Source: a virus. From it: DNA of 64,000 nt. The stretch spans positions 1 to 64,000 of the IMG/VR virus record IMGVR_UViG_3300017963_000262; one strand, given 5' to 3'. How positions within the stretch are numbered: the stretch's first letter is position 1; each line of letters starts with the position of its first letter. Shown piece after piece: positions 28,614 through 38,159 of this stretch. A model generated the notes under the pieces. The model saw only the letters and a list, made by a program, of their open reading frames with translations. It searched no databases and was not told where the DNA came from. The translations under genes were made by a program, and so were the position numbers.

Positions 28614-31600
28614 TATTTAATTCTCCTTGCCCAAAGTTTAGGACTAGTTTCACTTCCAGTAATACCGCCAGTAAAATCAGAATCTTCCAAAATTACAGCA
28701 ACATTAGTGTTACCAGTTGCAACTTGAACTATGTAATCTGTGTTTTCGGTAATAGTTATTTCAGTTTTATTTGAAAGCATTACTGCAATTTCTTCATTAT
28801 TTGCTAAGCTATGATACAAAGTTGATCCAGTGAGCGATACTGCTGCGGAATTTGTATCGTCGTAAACCCTAACATTAGTAGTTCCAGCAATAGAACCACC
28901 AGTACCATTGTTCATTCGTAAAAGTACAGAATATCCGATCTCCCAAGTTCCGGGAGTTAAAGTTAATGATTCAGTTGAATCAACATAAGTATTTGCAGTT
29001 GAAGTTGTTGGTCTAGATTCAAGAGCAACTTCTAAATATTCGCTGTTTGGATTTAACACACCGTATGAAGAAAAATCTGGAAGCGAAGCGATTGTCATGT
29101 ATGTTAATGATTCACTACCTCTAACTATATAGTCGGCATCCGCTGTTGAATCAATAGTTGCAGTTATTAAATCTCCTTTTTCGCAAAACAAAATTTTGTC
29201 AACACTTACTGGACCGTCTGTTGGGCCAGATCTAGTTAAAAGACCAGCGACTCCTACTCCATTTTGTCTAATAGAGACGGTAACTCGCTCATCGGTTACA
29301 ACCGAAGCATAATTAACGCCAAGATTAACTTGATAATATCCATCTTTAGGAATAACAAATCTATTATTTGCTGAATCAAATCCATTGTGAGTATCAAACA
29401 AACTATCATCAAATCCAATATCCGTTGCTGCGGTACTAGTCACAGTTTGGTCAGAATTTAAGTGCATTTCGACTCTAACCGTTCTTTGTGTTAGCTCGTT
29501 GTTGGAAATTACAACTGGTGTATTTGGTACTGAATATGAAAGCGATGAAAAACTATTATCAGTAGTTTGAGTTTGTAAAGTTCCAGAATAATTTCTATAG
29601 TTAGATCTAAATGTTCCGTTTGAAAAAACTTCACATCTATAAATTAAAGATGTATCTGTAACACAAACATTAAATCTATTTACTTCGGGAATTGCCCAAT
29701 CAGGAATCACTCCTGCTGCTGAGGTCGCTGTAGATAAGGATGCGTGAGTCAAAGCTGTTTCTGATTGTATAGTTACTTGATTTCCTACTCTTCGTACAGA
29801 GATAGTTCCTCCAGTATAATCTCCGCTACCAGTAAGATCAATAATTTCAGATCTTTCATAGGTTGCCGGAATTAAATTAATCGGACCAACACGAACATTA
29901 TCAAAATCAAAGAAAAATCCATTAAGAGTAGATACAGCAAAATGAAAAATTAGACGATAATTTTTTGAATCCGTAGTTTGAAATTCTCCCACAAATCTTC
30001 TAGATGGATCTCCATGAGCTTGAATATCACCGTCTTCGTCATTAGTAACAGATCCCAATAATGTTGCGTTGTCTATGTCATAAACAAAAACTTTTAAAAA
30101 ACCAGATTCATAATCACTTATTAATTTGTAATCAAATGATACTTGTAATTTAGATTCAGTATCGGCAGTGTCAATTTCAAAATCTGTACTAAATCCTTCA
30201 CCTTGAGGATCGCCAAATCCAGCACTTACTGAAGCTCTAAAAAAGTAATCTCCTCGCAAATCACTTAAATTAATTGGTGATAAAGAAAAAGCTCCGGGAC
30301 TACCACCAGTACCATCAATAGGAGCAGAACCAGAAGCGTCATCATAAGTATTCCAGCCAGTTGTTGCATTATTTTCGGCATCGGGATTTGTTATGTAGTT
30401 AATACCGCCCTGACCAGAACCAGATTGGATTGGATTAAAAGCAGAACCATCGTCTAATACTAATGAATCCAAATCAGTATCATAAGCAATCGTTCCTTCT
30501 TTTCTAGTTAAAGCTGCTAAATTTGCTGTAGTGTTAGAAGGTAACGTAATTCTATTATTATCGGAAGCTGTTCCTCCATCGATATCTTTGTTAGTTAATT
30601 GTTGTTGAAAATCTTCTAAAACAAAATTATCTGGAGTAGCAGTATCAGGAATAGTTACAACCTGTTGATTTCCTGTATTTCTAGTAAAACTGTCTGTACT
30701 TGCTGTATCAAGATTGTTTGAACTATCAGCCAAATCTTTGTTTGTTAAAGCTTGAGAACTAGAAACGTCAGCAACTTCAACTTCAGAACCTAAAGTCCCA
30801 AGTTTAAATTTAGAAGCAAGGGCATCTTCATATACCAAAGAACCGTCTATTCCAGTTCTTTCAACAGTTAAACCAGCGCCTTCAGAAGAAGCATCATTTC
30901 CGTTATTGTTTACAGTGATGTTAGTATCTTCGACATCAAGAGTTGCTGTATTTAAAGTTGTGGTTGTGCCATTAACTGTAAGATTTCCTCCTACGGTTAA
31001 GTCGTTAACTCCGGTAACATTATTTGAATCATCAATAGCAATTCCTGTAGCTTGAACGTTATTTGTATCAACACCATCAGTTTTAACTAAAATATTATCA
31101 GCATGTGTTCCGGGACCATCAAGTTTGCTAGATTCAGCAGTATCTAATCTACCAGCAACTTCTTCAAACCCAGCTTGAGCATCAGTCGCAGTTAGAGATG
31201 ATGTTGCTGGATTTAATGTTACATCACTAGCGTCATTTAAAACTGTATTGTTGCCTGTGGCATCAGTACCATCAATAGTTTTATTTTCTAAAGTTTGTGC
31301 ATCAGTATCGCCTACAACAGTTCCACCGGGAACCGCGTTACCAGAAACCACACCACCAAGACCATCACGAAGTAGAAACTTTCCAGCGTCAGCAGCTTGA
31401 GTCTTAAGAGACGGTAAATCAATATCTTGCAAAGTGTTATCATCGCCATCAATCGTTTTATTTGTTAAAGTGTCAGTTGTTTGTCTACCAACAAGAGTGT
31501 CATCAGCATCAGGAAGGTTGAGTGTTCTATCGGCAGTTTGTGCAGATTTTAAAGTTGTTCTTGTTGCTGTAGTTGCTGTGGGATCAACTTCAACGCTAAG

Positions 31601-31666
31601 TTGTTTGGTTCTGTCGGTCGTATCTTGAATTAAAAGACCTTTTAAAATTCCCCAAAGTTTAATCAT
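28613..31666 (-). CDS. long tail fibre/spike protein
   Basis: 1017 aa; repeated TDTLTNKTIDGDDNTLQDIDLP / AQTLENKTIDGTDATGNNTVLND motifs; Thr/Asn/Asp/Gly-rich beta-rich composition. Confidence 0.55.
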   Translation of the reverse strand: MIKLWGILKGLLIQDTTDRTKQLSVEVDPTATTATRTTLKSAQTADRTLNLPDADDTLVGRQTTDTLTNKTIDGDDNTLQDIDLPSLKTQAADAGKFLLRDGLGGVVSGNAVPGGTVVGDTDAQTLENKTIDGTDATGNNTVLNDASDVTLNPATSSLTATDAQAGFEEVAGRLDTAESSKLDGPGTHADNILVKTDGVDTNNVQATGIAIDDSNNVTGVNDLTVGGNLTVNGTTTTLNTATLDVEDTNITVNNNGNDASSEGAGLTVERTGIDGSLVYEDALASKFKLGTLGSEVEVADVSSSQALTNKDLADSSNNLDTASTDSFTRNTGNQQVVTIPDTATPDNFVLEDFQQQLTNKDIDGGTASDNNRITLPSNTTANLAALTRKEGTIAYDTDLDSLVLDDGSAFNPIQSGSGQGGINYITNPDAENNATTGWNTYDDASGSAPIDGTGGSPGAFSLSPINLSDLRGDYFFRASVSAGFGDPQGEGFSTDFEIDTADTESKLQVSFDYKLISDYESGFLKVFVYDIDNATLLGSVTNDEDGDIQAHGDPSRRFVGEFQTTDSKNYRLIFHFAVSTLNGFFFDFDNVRVGPINLIPATYERSEIIDLTGSGDYTGGTISVRRVGNQVTIQSETALTHASLSTATSAAGVIPDWAIPEVNRFNVCVTDTSLIYRCEVFSNGTFRSNYRNYSGTLQTQTTDNSFSSLSYSVPNTPVVISNNELTQRTVRVEMHLNSDQTVTSTAATDIGFDDSLFDTHNGFDSANNRFVIPKDGYYQVNLGVNYASVVTDERVTVSIRQNGVGVAGLLTRSGPTDGPVSVDKILFCEKGDLITATIDSTADADYIVRGSESLTYMTIASLPDFSSYGVLNPNSEYLEVALESRPTTSTANTYVDSTESLTLTPGTWEIGYSVLLRMNNGTGGSIAGTTNVRVYDDTNSAAVSLTGSTLYHSLANNEEIAVMLSNKTEITITENTDYIVQVATGNTNVAVILEDSDFTGGITGSETSPKLWARRIK

Positions 31667-31695
31667 GTTTTATCTCCAATATATCTTATCTATTC

Positions 31696-32172
31696 TTATT
31701 GTTGTAAAGCTTTAGCAGTAAATTTCATTACGCCAGTGTAACTAACTGAACCAATATCATTTGACTGATATTGTATTTGTCCGGCTGGAGTAATCGTAAA
31801 AGTCACGCCAGAATTACCTACAATTCCGCCCAGACCTAAATTCCAACCATCGTTGTTGTCATATACTAAGTGCATTTCTCCAGTTTCAGCAAAACCACTA
31901 GGATTAGAGTCAGAAATTCTATAAATTGCATATTGGATTACAGCAGAACGCACAGATCCGGCATTAAAAACTAATCCGGTTACATTAGCGTCTGTAGACT
32001 GGTCATTGGCAATATTAAAAGAGGTTTCTAGAATATCATCAGGTCCAACAAGATTATTTAGGACTTTTGTGACCTCTTCTGCCCATCCGGTAGCATCACC
32101 ACCCCAACCCGGCTCATCTCCTGCCGTTGGGTAATCAAAAGGAGTATTATTAACTATCAAAGTTTTTGGCAA
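31696..32172 (-). CDS. fibre-tip-like domain protein (paralog of the 26249-27565 C-terminus)
   Basis: 158 aa; TTG start at 32172 with SD GAGGTGA; VTFTITPAGQIQYQSNDIG ~ VNFSITSAGQIQYTSNDEAG. Confidence 0.5.
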   Translation of the reverse strand: MPKTLIVNNTPFDYPTAGDEPGWGGDATGWAEEVTKVLNNLVGPDDILETSFNIANDQSTDANVTGLVFNAGSVRSAVIQYAIYRISDSNPSGFAETGEMHLVYDNNDGWNLGLGGIVGNSGVTFTITPAGQIQYQSNDIGSVSYTGVMKFTAKALQQ

Positions 32173-32184
32173 TTTTCACCTCAG

Positions 32185-32217
32185 ATTTAAAGTATGGCTC
32201 CATCTTTATTTGTTAAT
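32185..32217 (-). promoter_or_regulatory. late-promoter motif copy 4
   Basis: minus reads AATTAACAAATAAAGATGGAGCC; ~30 nt upstream of TTG 32172. Confidence 0.55.
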
Positions 32218-32226
32218 TTGGATTCT

Positions 32227-32254
32227 TGACATTAATAGATTTATCGGTTATTAT
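32227..32254 (+). promoter_or_regulatory. sigma70-type promoter (TTGACA-17-TATTAT)
   Basis: TTGACA 32227-32232, TATTAT 32249-32254; predicted TSS coincides with ATG 32261 (leaderless). Confidence 0.5.
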
Positions 32255-32260
32255 AGATCA

Positions 32261-32455
32261 ATGTTAGTGATTTTATTGATATTTTTAGTATTTTTTATAA
32301 TTCATTCAATGACTAATCTAGATGTCAGAAAAACACCTTGTTATAAGCTCAAAAAACCCCATAGCTGGGAGTATCAGGGCGAGGAAGGGTCAGAGTATAT
32401 GGTATGTAAAGAGTGCCGTATGATGCCGGGAGGAGGCTTTGATGAGAAATCTTAA
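32261..32455 (+). CDS. holin candidate (single TM, charged C-terminus)
   Basis: 64 aa from the internal ATG of ORF 32210-32455; MLVILLIFLVFFIIH TM; the ATG at 32210 lies upstream of the promoter; directly precedes the endolysin. Confidence 0.3.
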   Translation: MLVILLIFLVFFIIHSMTNLDVRKTPCYKLKKPHSWEYQGEEGSEYMVCKECRMMPGGGFDEKS

Positions 32456-32897
32456 AACGCTGATTATGTTAGTTCTAATTACTCTAATGTGGGCTGATAT
32501 TGGACGATCTGAAGTTCAATTTAAGACAGATAGAATAGAACAAGAATTTGAACAACTGTACTCTAAAAATCTTGAGTTATATCAGATAGTTATCTTTGCA
32601 AATTATAAACTCACCGAAATATCTAAAAAAAATTTAGTAATTACAGAGATTTATAGAACACAAGCTGAACAAGACAAATATTACAAGGGAAAGAAAAAGT
32701 TTAAATCTCCACACCAACGATGGTTAGCTGTAGACATTAGAACTAGGCATTTATCAAAAAAAGAAGTTAAACTGCTGGTTAAAGCCATAAATAAGCGATA
32801 TAATTCGATAAATAGATATAATCCTTCAGCATTTTATCATAGCATTGGTCGAGGACATCATATTCACATCCAATTCAAGGATAGAAATGAAAACTAA
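32439..32897 (+). CDS. peptidase M15 (VanY/L-Ala-D-Glu peptidase-like) endolysin with N-terminal signal or SAR segment
   Basis: 152 aa; HQRWLAVDI (H..D) and HHIHIQ (HxH) zinc-binding motifs; hydrophobic N-terminus LIMLVLITLMWA. Confidence 0.5.
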   Translation: MMRNLKTLIMLVLITLMWADIGRSEVQFKTDRIEQEFEQLYSKNLELYQIVIFANYKLTEISKKNLVITEIYRTQAEQDKYYKGKKKFKSPHQRWLAVDIRTRHLSKKEVKLLVKAINKRYNSINRYNPSAFYHSIGRGHHIHIQFKDRNEN

Positions 32898-33408
32898 GAT
32901 TATTAATTATTTTGGAGGTCCCGGAGTTGGCAAAAGTACCGATAGTGCGGCTCTATATGTTGAAATGAAACGTGCAGGATATGATGTTGAGTTGGTTAGA
33001 GAAGTTGCTAAAAAGTATGCACATAAGGGTCAGAATATAGGGGCTTTCGATCAAATAGCTATTATTGGTCAACAAATCGAAGAAGAAAGTAGTCTTATTG
33101 GAAATGTTGAATATGTAATAACTGATGGACCATCATTTCTTTGCGCAATATATCTTTATACAAATCACGATAAATATTTTATGATGGATTCAGTTAAAAA
33201 ATATTATGAATATTGTCAACAAAAGGGTGTTATATTTAAGAACTTTGTTATACCTAGAACTAAAGAGTACAATCCTAAAGGACGATTTGAAGATGAATTT
33301 ACTGCAAATTTTATAGACAGTCTTGTTAGGGTTCAGTTGACAAAATACGATATTCCTTATACAGTAAAGAATCCGACGATTAAGGACGTTATTTATGAAA
33401 AGAAGTGA
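32845..33408 (+). CDS. P-loop NTPase/kinase-like protein
   Basis: 187 aa; Walker A GGPGVGKST; possible DxP Walker B-like VITDGP. Confidence 0.45.
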   Translation: MVEDIIFTSNSRIEMKTKIINYFGGPGVGKSTDSAALYVEMKRAGYDVELVREVAKKYAHKGQNIGAFDQIAIIGQQIEEESSLIGNVEYVITDGPSFLCAIYLYTNHDKYFMMDSVKKYYEYCQQKGVIFKNFVIPRTKEYNPKGRFEDEFTANFIDSLVRVQLTKYDIPYTVKNPTIKDVIYEKK

Positions 33409-33610
33409 GATGATAGAAAAAATTGAATTTGCTTTGTCACAAATCGCTTATGCAGAATCAATTGATCGTAAAAAGTTTGAAAGTGAATATATCGCCAACC
33501 GAGTATTAGAAGTTTGCGAAGAAGCTGGCATGTTACCGCCAGCAATTAATAATCTTGTTCCTTGGGAAAGTATTGAATTAGAGTGGGAATCTGAAAATGA
33601 AGAAGAGTGA
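33395..33610 (+). CDS. small acidic protein
   Basis: 71 aa, overlapping coupling. Confidence 0.35.
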   Translation: MKRSEMIEKIEFALSQIAYAESIDRKKFESEYIANRVLEVCEEAGMLPPAINNLVPWESIELEWESENEEE

Positions 33611-33827
33611 AGTTATTAAAGATATTGCTTCTGAAATAATTATATGGCAATGTCAAAATGATAAAAATATATTAAACTTTGACAAAGCGCAAGATCTAGC
33701 GGAAAATATAATTGACAGTTTGCAGGATAAGGGCATGGAACCTCCTGAAGCTGAAATAAAGCAAGAATGTCGATTTATGAATAATGTTTATAGATATGTC
33801 AAAAAACGCATTTGGGAGAAAGAATGA
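33597..33827 (+). CDS. small acidic protein
   Basis: 76 aa. Confidence 0.35.
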   Translation: MKKSEVIKDIASEIIIWQCQNDKNILNFDKAQDLAENIIDSLQDKGMEPPEAEIKQECRFMNNVYRYVKKRIWEKE

Positions 33828-34156
33828 AAGATTTAGATACTGATTATGATTTAGATGAAAACATGACTTCTCAAATTATGAAAAAACTAGATGCTCTAGA
33901 AAGTTGTCATTTTGCTAGATTTCTTGAAAAAGATAATCAGTTTGGACATAAATACTTAAATGCTGTTAAAAAAGTTGATGTAAAGTTGCATTATTGGATA
34001 GACGATACTCTTAAGATTTGGTCAGGGATGACAGGCGTTGAAATTAATGCAGAAATTGATCCATTTGGTGCTATAGGCGGTCCATATATTCATGTTGAAA
34101 CATTAAAAAAGATTTTATCTGATATCGAAAAGGAATATAAAAGTGACAAAAAGTAA
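33812..34156 (+). CDS. hypothetical protein
   Basis: 114 aa. Confidence 0.35.
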   Translation: MGERMKDLDTDYDLDENMTSQIMKKLDALESCHFARFLEKDNQFGHKYLNAVKKVDVKLHYWIDDTLKIWSGMTGVEINAEIDPFGAIGGPYIHVETLKKILSDIEKEYKSDKK

Positions 34157-34210
34157 GTGGTGGAAAAAACAATTTGAATATCATTATAAAAAATTTGGAG
34201 TATGGTACTA

Positions 34211-34369
34211 ATGCGTTATTTATTAATTTTTTTATTTTTAGTTGGATGTCAATCTCCGGCAGAACGGTGTGTTGAAATTTGTTTAAAACAAGGATTAACT
34301 GTAGATAAATTTGAATATGAGAATAGAACTACCGCAGTTTGTAGATGTTCGGAAGGATGTTTAAAATGA
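34211..34369 (+). CDS. small lipoprotein (candidate, below ORF-track cutoff)
   Basis: 52 aa MRYLLIFLFLVGCQSP...; lipobox LVGC; 4 more Cys; followed by ATGA-coupled micro-ORFs of 18 and 53 aa. Confidence 0.3.
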   Translation: MRYLLIFLFLVGCQSPAERCVEICLKQGLTVDKFEYENRTTAVCRCSEGCLK

Positions 34370-34578
34370 GTGTGTCGTTTATGATAATTGTGGTTATTTT
34401 ACTTTTACTGGTAGGACGATGAGTTTTTATATTAAAAATATTAAATTTAGATTAGGAAAATTTAAACCTGTTTATAGAAATTATGGTAGATGGAACTTTG
34501 GCTTGACTATAATGGATAAGGGAAAAATGTGGATTTTTCGTGCATTTCAATATGATTTAACAATATGGTATAGAGGAT

Positions 34579-34607
34579 AAAAAAAAGGACTTGCATTGCA
34601 CAAGTCC
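34579..34607 (-). terminator. rho-independent terminator (minus strand)
   Basis: GGACTTG-cattgca-CAAGTCC 7-bp stem; minus strand reads stem-loop then T8. Confidence 0.4.
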
Positions 34608-34626
34608 CGATAAACAAGGAGAGTAA

Positions 34627-34851
34627 ATGAAAAAATTAATTTCTATAGAATTAGAAAGAGAAATAGCAGATATTATAATTGAATTTCAAAAAAAAATTAC
34701 AGAAAAAATGAAGATTGGTAATTTAACGTATTCACAAATAAATACTAATTATAATATAAATTCAACTGGACCAGTCATTTCAACCAAAGTAGAAATATCT
34801 AGAACAGAAGAATCAAAATTTTATATAGAAAACAAAAATATTATAAAATGA
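34627..34851 (+). CDS. hypothetical protein
   Basis: 74 aa; SD AAGGAGAG. Confidence 0.35.
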   Translation: MKKLISIELEREIADIIIEFQKKITEKMKIGNLTYSQINTNYNINSTGPVISTKVEISRTEESKFYIENKNIIK

Positions 34852-35390
34852 AAAAATGTTATAGTTGTGACATATTCAAAGATAAATCTGAGTTTGGTAA
34901 GCATAATCAGAAGAAAGATGGATTAGATCCTAACTGTAAAGCGTGTAGAAGTGCTAAGGCTAAGAAGTATTATCGAGATAATGCCGAAAAGATTAAAGCT
35001 GCTAGACAAGAATATTATCAAAATAACAAAGAAAAATGTATTAAGTCTAATTTGGCTTGGCAAAGAAAAAATGAGAAAAATAACCCAGAGTACAAATTGG
35101 CCCGAAGATTAAGAAATCGTTTATATTATGCTTTACAGAAAAAGTATTGGAAAAAGAATACCCATTTTTCAGAATATATCGGTTGCACTAAAAGTGAGCT
35201 AGTTAAACACTTAGAAGATCAATTTGTTGAGGGTATGACTTGGGATAACTATGGTGAATGGCATATAGATCATATTATTCCATTAAGTTCAGCAACTTCT
35301 GAAAAACAAATATATAAATTATGCCACTATACAAATCTTCAACCATTATGGGCATCAGATAATATAAAAAAAGGGAATCACATTGCATGA
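34848..35390 (+). CDS. HNH homing-endonuclease-like protein
   Basis: 180 aa; Cys cluster CKACRS; HIDHIIPLS...NLQPLWASDNIKKGNH HNH motif. Confidence 0.55.
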   Translation: MKKCYSCDIFKDKSEFGKHNQKKDGLDPNCKACRSAKAKKYYRDNAEKIKAARQEYYQNNKEKCIKSNLAWQRKNEKNNPEYKLARRLRNRLYYALQKKYWKKNTHFSEYIGCTKSELVKHLEDQFVEGMTWDNYGEWHIDHIIPLSSATSEKQIYKLCHYTNLQPLWASDNIKKGNHIA

Positions 35391-35395
35391 TTCCC

Positions 35396-35423
35396 ACAAA
35401 ATAAAAGGTTCAGAACGAACCTT
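35396..35423 (-). terminator. rho-independent terminator after major capsid gene
   Basis: AAGGTTC-agaac-GAACCTT stem-loop; minus strand reads hairpin then TTTATTTTGTG; 20 nt downstream of capsid stop. Confidence 0.5.
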
Positions 35424-35442
35424 CTAGATAAATTGAATAATA

Positions 35443-36660
35443 TTAGTTAGTGATTCCAGAAATTAATGTATTCTTTCCGGGTGCATAACAAAAGAGCGCC
35501 TGATCACTGTAAGCGCGAAGTTCATAACCAGCAGAGTTTTCCAACTCACGGAAGAAAGTATCACCTTGATCTGGACGTTTGAAAGTGATATCAGTAGAAC
35601 CGATTCTCAACATTTCTTCCATACAAAGGATATAAGCGTAACCTTCTTTTACGAAAATTGAAGGAACGATTTCAACCTTACCATTTTGACCGTGGAAAGT
35701 AATTTCCTCAGAACCATTCTCAGAAACAGACACTTTGTAAGAGCTGTCATACTGACGAAGGGCAGCTTGCTCAGTCAAAAGATCAGTCCAAGTACGAGGG
35801 TTTACGAAAACGCAAACAGCACTGTCAAGACCTTTTTCAACACCAAGAGCGATACCGTCTTGAACTGCACCAAAAGATAGTGGATTACCACCAAGGTCAC
35901 TTTCGTTACCTTTCCAAAGAGTGTAGTTAGCGGCATTGATACCAAAAAGAGTACCAGTGTTAGTAAGAATGAAGTGAATACCTACAGCTTCGTTACCCTG
36001 AGCAGTTTTGTAGTACATAACGTCAGTAGCAACAGTACCAGCAGGAACAGCATCTACAGTGATAGTGCGAGTAGCCATATCAACAGCAGTTACTTGAGCA
36101 GTACCGCGAAGAGTAGTAGAAGTAGCATCATAAATGTCAATTTTCATTTGCTCAGAACCAGCCCAGATACCGGGTGCCCATTCAGCAGTAGTGATAGTAA
36201 TATCAGTACCAGCGATAGAAGCAACAGTTCCGATTCCAACACCACCGTAGAACATTCCAACTTCAAGTCTTCGAGCCATAGATCGAAGCATGTTGCGAAC
36301 TAGGAATTTAGTAGCGTTTTCAAAAGCTTTAGGCTCACCACCAGCAGCGCGAGAAGCGGCAGCGATACCCAAACGAGAACGAAGCATCATTTGAGAACCT
36401 TGAACGGTAGCGTCACGGATTACACCGTTAATAGCATCGTCAAGAGCGAAAGCGTCATCAGTAGGACCAGCATAAGTAATACCGTGCTCCAAACCAAGGA
36501 CAACAGGTTGATGGTAAAGAGAACCAAGTTCTTTCTTACGAGCAGAGAAAGGAACTTTCTGCATGAACTTAGTACCTTCAGGGATAAGATTTTCTAATTT
36601 GTCAGCATAAACTTCTTTAAAAAGACCGTTTAGCGTAGTAACTGTATTTTCACCAGCCAT
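35443..36660 (-). CDS. major capsid protein (candidate)
   Basis: 405 aa; follows an acidic scaffold-like gene via a terminator+promoter; SD TAGGAGTT; own terminator downstream; composition typical of capsid proteins; no motif proof. Confidence 0.5.
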   Translation of the reverse strand: MAGENTVTTLNGLFKEVYADKLENLIPEGTKFMQKVPFSARKKELGSLYHQPVVLGLEHGITYAGPTDDAFALDDAINGVIRDATVQGSQMMLRSRLGIAAASRAAGGEPKAFENATKFLVRNMLRSMARRLEVGMFYGGVGIGTVASIAGTDITITTAEWAPGIWAGSEQMKIDIYDATSTTLRGTAQVTAVDMATRTITVDAVPAGTVATDVMYYKTAQGNEAVGIHFILTNTGTLFGINAANYTLWKGNESDLGGNPLSFGAVQDGIALGVEKGLDSAVCVFVNPRTWTDLLTEQAALRQYDSSYKVSVSENGSEEITFHGQNGKVEIVPSIFVKEGYAYILCMEEMLRIGSTDITFKRPDQGDTFFRELENSAGYELRAYSDQALFCYAPGKNTLISGITN

Positions 36661-36821
36661 TATTTAACTCCTATAAAAAAATAGTTTAGATTAATAAAAT
36701 TTCAACGTTTTTCTTACAGTACAATTAAACCTCAGTTTCATCGCTGGTTTATTTCTGGGTCCGAAGATTACCAAAAACTCCTATGGAGTCAACACAGATT
36801 TTAAATACCTGTAAACTATAT

Positions 36822-36853
36822 GGGCAATACCCCATACAACATTATTTGTTAAA
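36822..36853 (-). promoter_or_regulatory. late-promoter motif copy 7 (capsid promoter)
   Basis: minus reads TTTAACAAATAATGTTGTATGGGG; directly downstream of the terminator hairpin. Confidence 0.5.
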
Positions 36854-36860
36854 AATCAAC

Positions 36861-36900
36861 ATAAAAAATAGGCACTTATGAAAAAAAAGTTATAAGTGCC
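36861..36900 (-). terminator. rho-independent terminator/attenuator between scaffold and capsid genes
   Basis: GGCACTTAT-12 nt loop-ATAAGTGCC perfect 9-bp stem; minus reads hairpin then TATTTTTTAT. Confidence 0.55.
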
Positions 36901-36912
36901 CGAAATTACTAA

Positions 36913-37929
36913 TTAAAGATCACCAAAATCATTGAAGAAATCTTTAGCAGAAATAGGCTTCTTTTCCTGTACTGCTTCTGTTTTCTTAATCTCAGCTTTT
37001 CCTGTCTGCTTAACTTGCGCTGCAGTTTCAGGAGCTTTCTTCATTTTGCTAAGTCTACGTTTTCTAAGTTTGTTAGAAACATTTTGACCTAGAACCTTTT
37101 CAACGATTTCTTCTGGCATAGCCTCAAACATTTCTTGAATTTCGCGTTTGATTTGCTTTTCAACCAAAGGAACTGCATCTTTCACTTCAAATTTAGGGTT
37201 CTTTTTAAGACCAAGCATCATATATTCAGCTAAACGCTTAACAACATAAGGACTTTTTGGCAATTCAGAGTTAGAAAGAGCATCAGTAATTTCTGTATCT
37301 AGCTTCCTAGAATATGCTTCTTGGGCAACTTTTTTCTCAGCTTCTAGTCTTTCATTTTCAAGACGTTCTTTTTCTTTCTTAATATCCTCAAGCTCTTTTT
37401 GAAGCTTTTCACGTTCAATCTGTTCTGGAGACTTCTGCATCTCCTCTAAACGTTTTTGCATGTGCATTTCAGCAATAGCATCAGGATCGTGTCCTAATCG
37501 TTGTAAAGCAGCAATAGGGTCATCCTGCATTAATTTAGCAAATTGTTCCATTTGCTTGCGCATTTTTGCAGCTTCTTGGAATTTTTGATCTGCACCTTCG
37601 CCTTTTTGAGCCATATCTCTAAGTCGTTCAATATGCTCATCATTTGATAGGTCAAATTCTTCTTCTTTACCGTTAATTTTCATTTGAAGACGTTTAGCGA
37701 TCTCTTGTTGTGCTTCAGCAACTTCTTCATCAGTTGCATCTTCATCACCAACAATGTCGGCTAATTCAGAATCAGTAGCCTCTTCAACATCAGTTACTTC
37801 TTCGGAACCTTCAGGTTGTTCAATTTCTTCTTGTGGATTTGCGTTATCAATAGATTCGATAACTTCTTCAGCGGATTGCTCTGGACTTCCTTCAACAGGA
37901 TGAGCACCGGGATTTGCGATCTCAGACAT
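36913..37929 (-). CDS. scaffolding-like protein (acidic N-terminus, coiled coil)
   Basis: 338 aa; D/E-rich N-terminus, long E/K/Q-rich helices; immediately upstream of capsid candidate. Confidence 0.45.
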   Translation of the reverse strand: MSEIANPGAHPVEGSPEQSAEEVIESIDNANPQEEIEQPEGSEEVTDVEEATDSELADIVGDEDATDEEVAEAQQEIAKRLQMKINGKEEEFDLSNDEHIERLRDMAQKGEGADQKFQEAAKMRKQMEQFAKLMQDDPIAALQRLGHDPDAIAEMHMQKRLEEMQKSPEQIEREKLQKELEDIKKEKERLENERLEAEKKVAQEAYSRKLDTEITDALSNSELPKSPYVVKRLAEYMMLGLKKNPKFEVKDAVPLVEKQIKREIQEMFEAMPEEIVEKVLGQNVSNKLRKRRLSKMKKAPETAAQVKQTGKAEIKKTEAVQEKKPISAKDFFNDFGDL

Positions 37930-38023
37930 AATATCTCCTAAATGTTAATATCCCTTATAGGGGTAATTGGTTAATTAGGCTCTCCACCATTGGAGCTACC
38001 TTAGAGTATATCTCTATAACTTT

Positions 38024-38053
38024 ATTTGTTAATTCTTTTGTAATATTGGGATC
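38024..38053 (-). promoter_or_regulatory. late-promoter motif copy 2
   Basis: minus reads AATTAACAAATAAAGTTATAGAGATATAC; ~95 nt upstream of scaffold ATG. Confidence 0.5.
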
Positions 38054-38159
38054 ATAAATATGCGTTCCCATGCAAATATTAGTTAAAATACTGCATCGTA
38101 ATGCTGTTTTTCGCATTTTAAGTTTGAAATGTTCCCATTTCTTCTTTCTTCTAAAAAAC

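Noticed and set aside
32210-32260. ATG at 32210 as start of the 81-aa ORF
   Set aside because: A near-consensus sigma70 promoter (TTGACA 32227, TATTAT 32249) lies inside this N-terminal extension. The internal ATG at 32261 coincides with the predicted transcription start, so the longer form is unlikely to be expressed.
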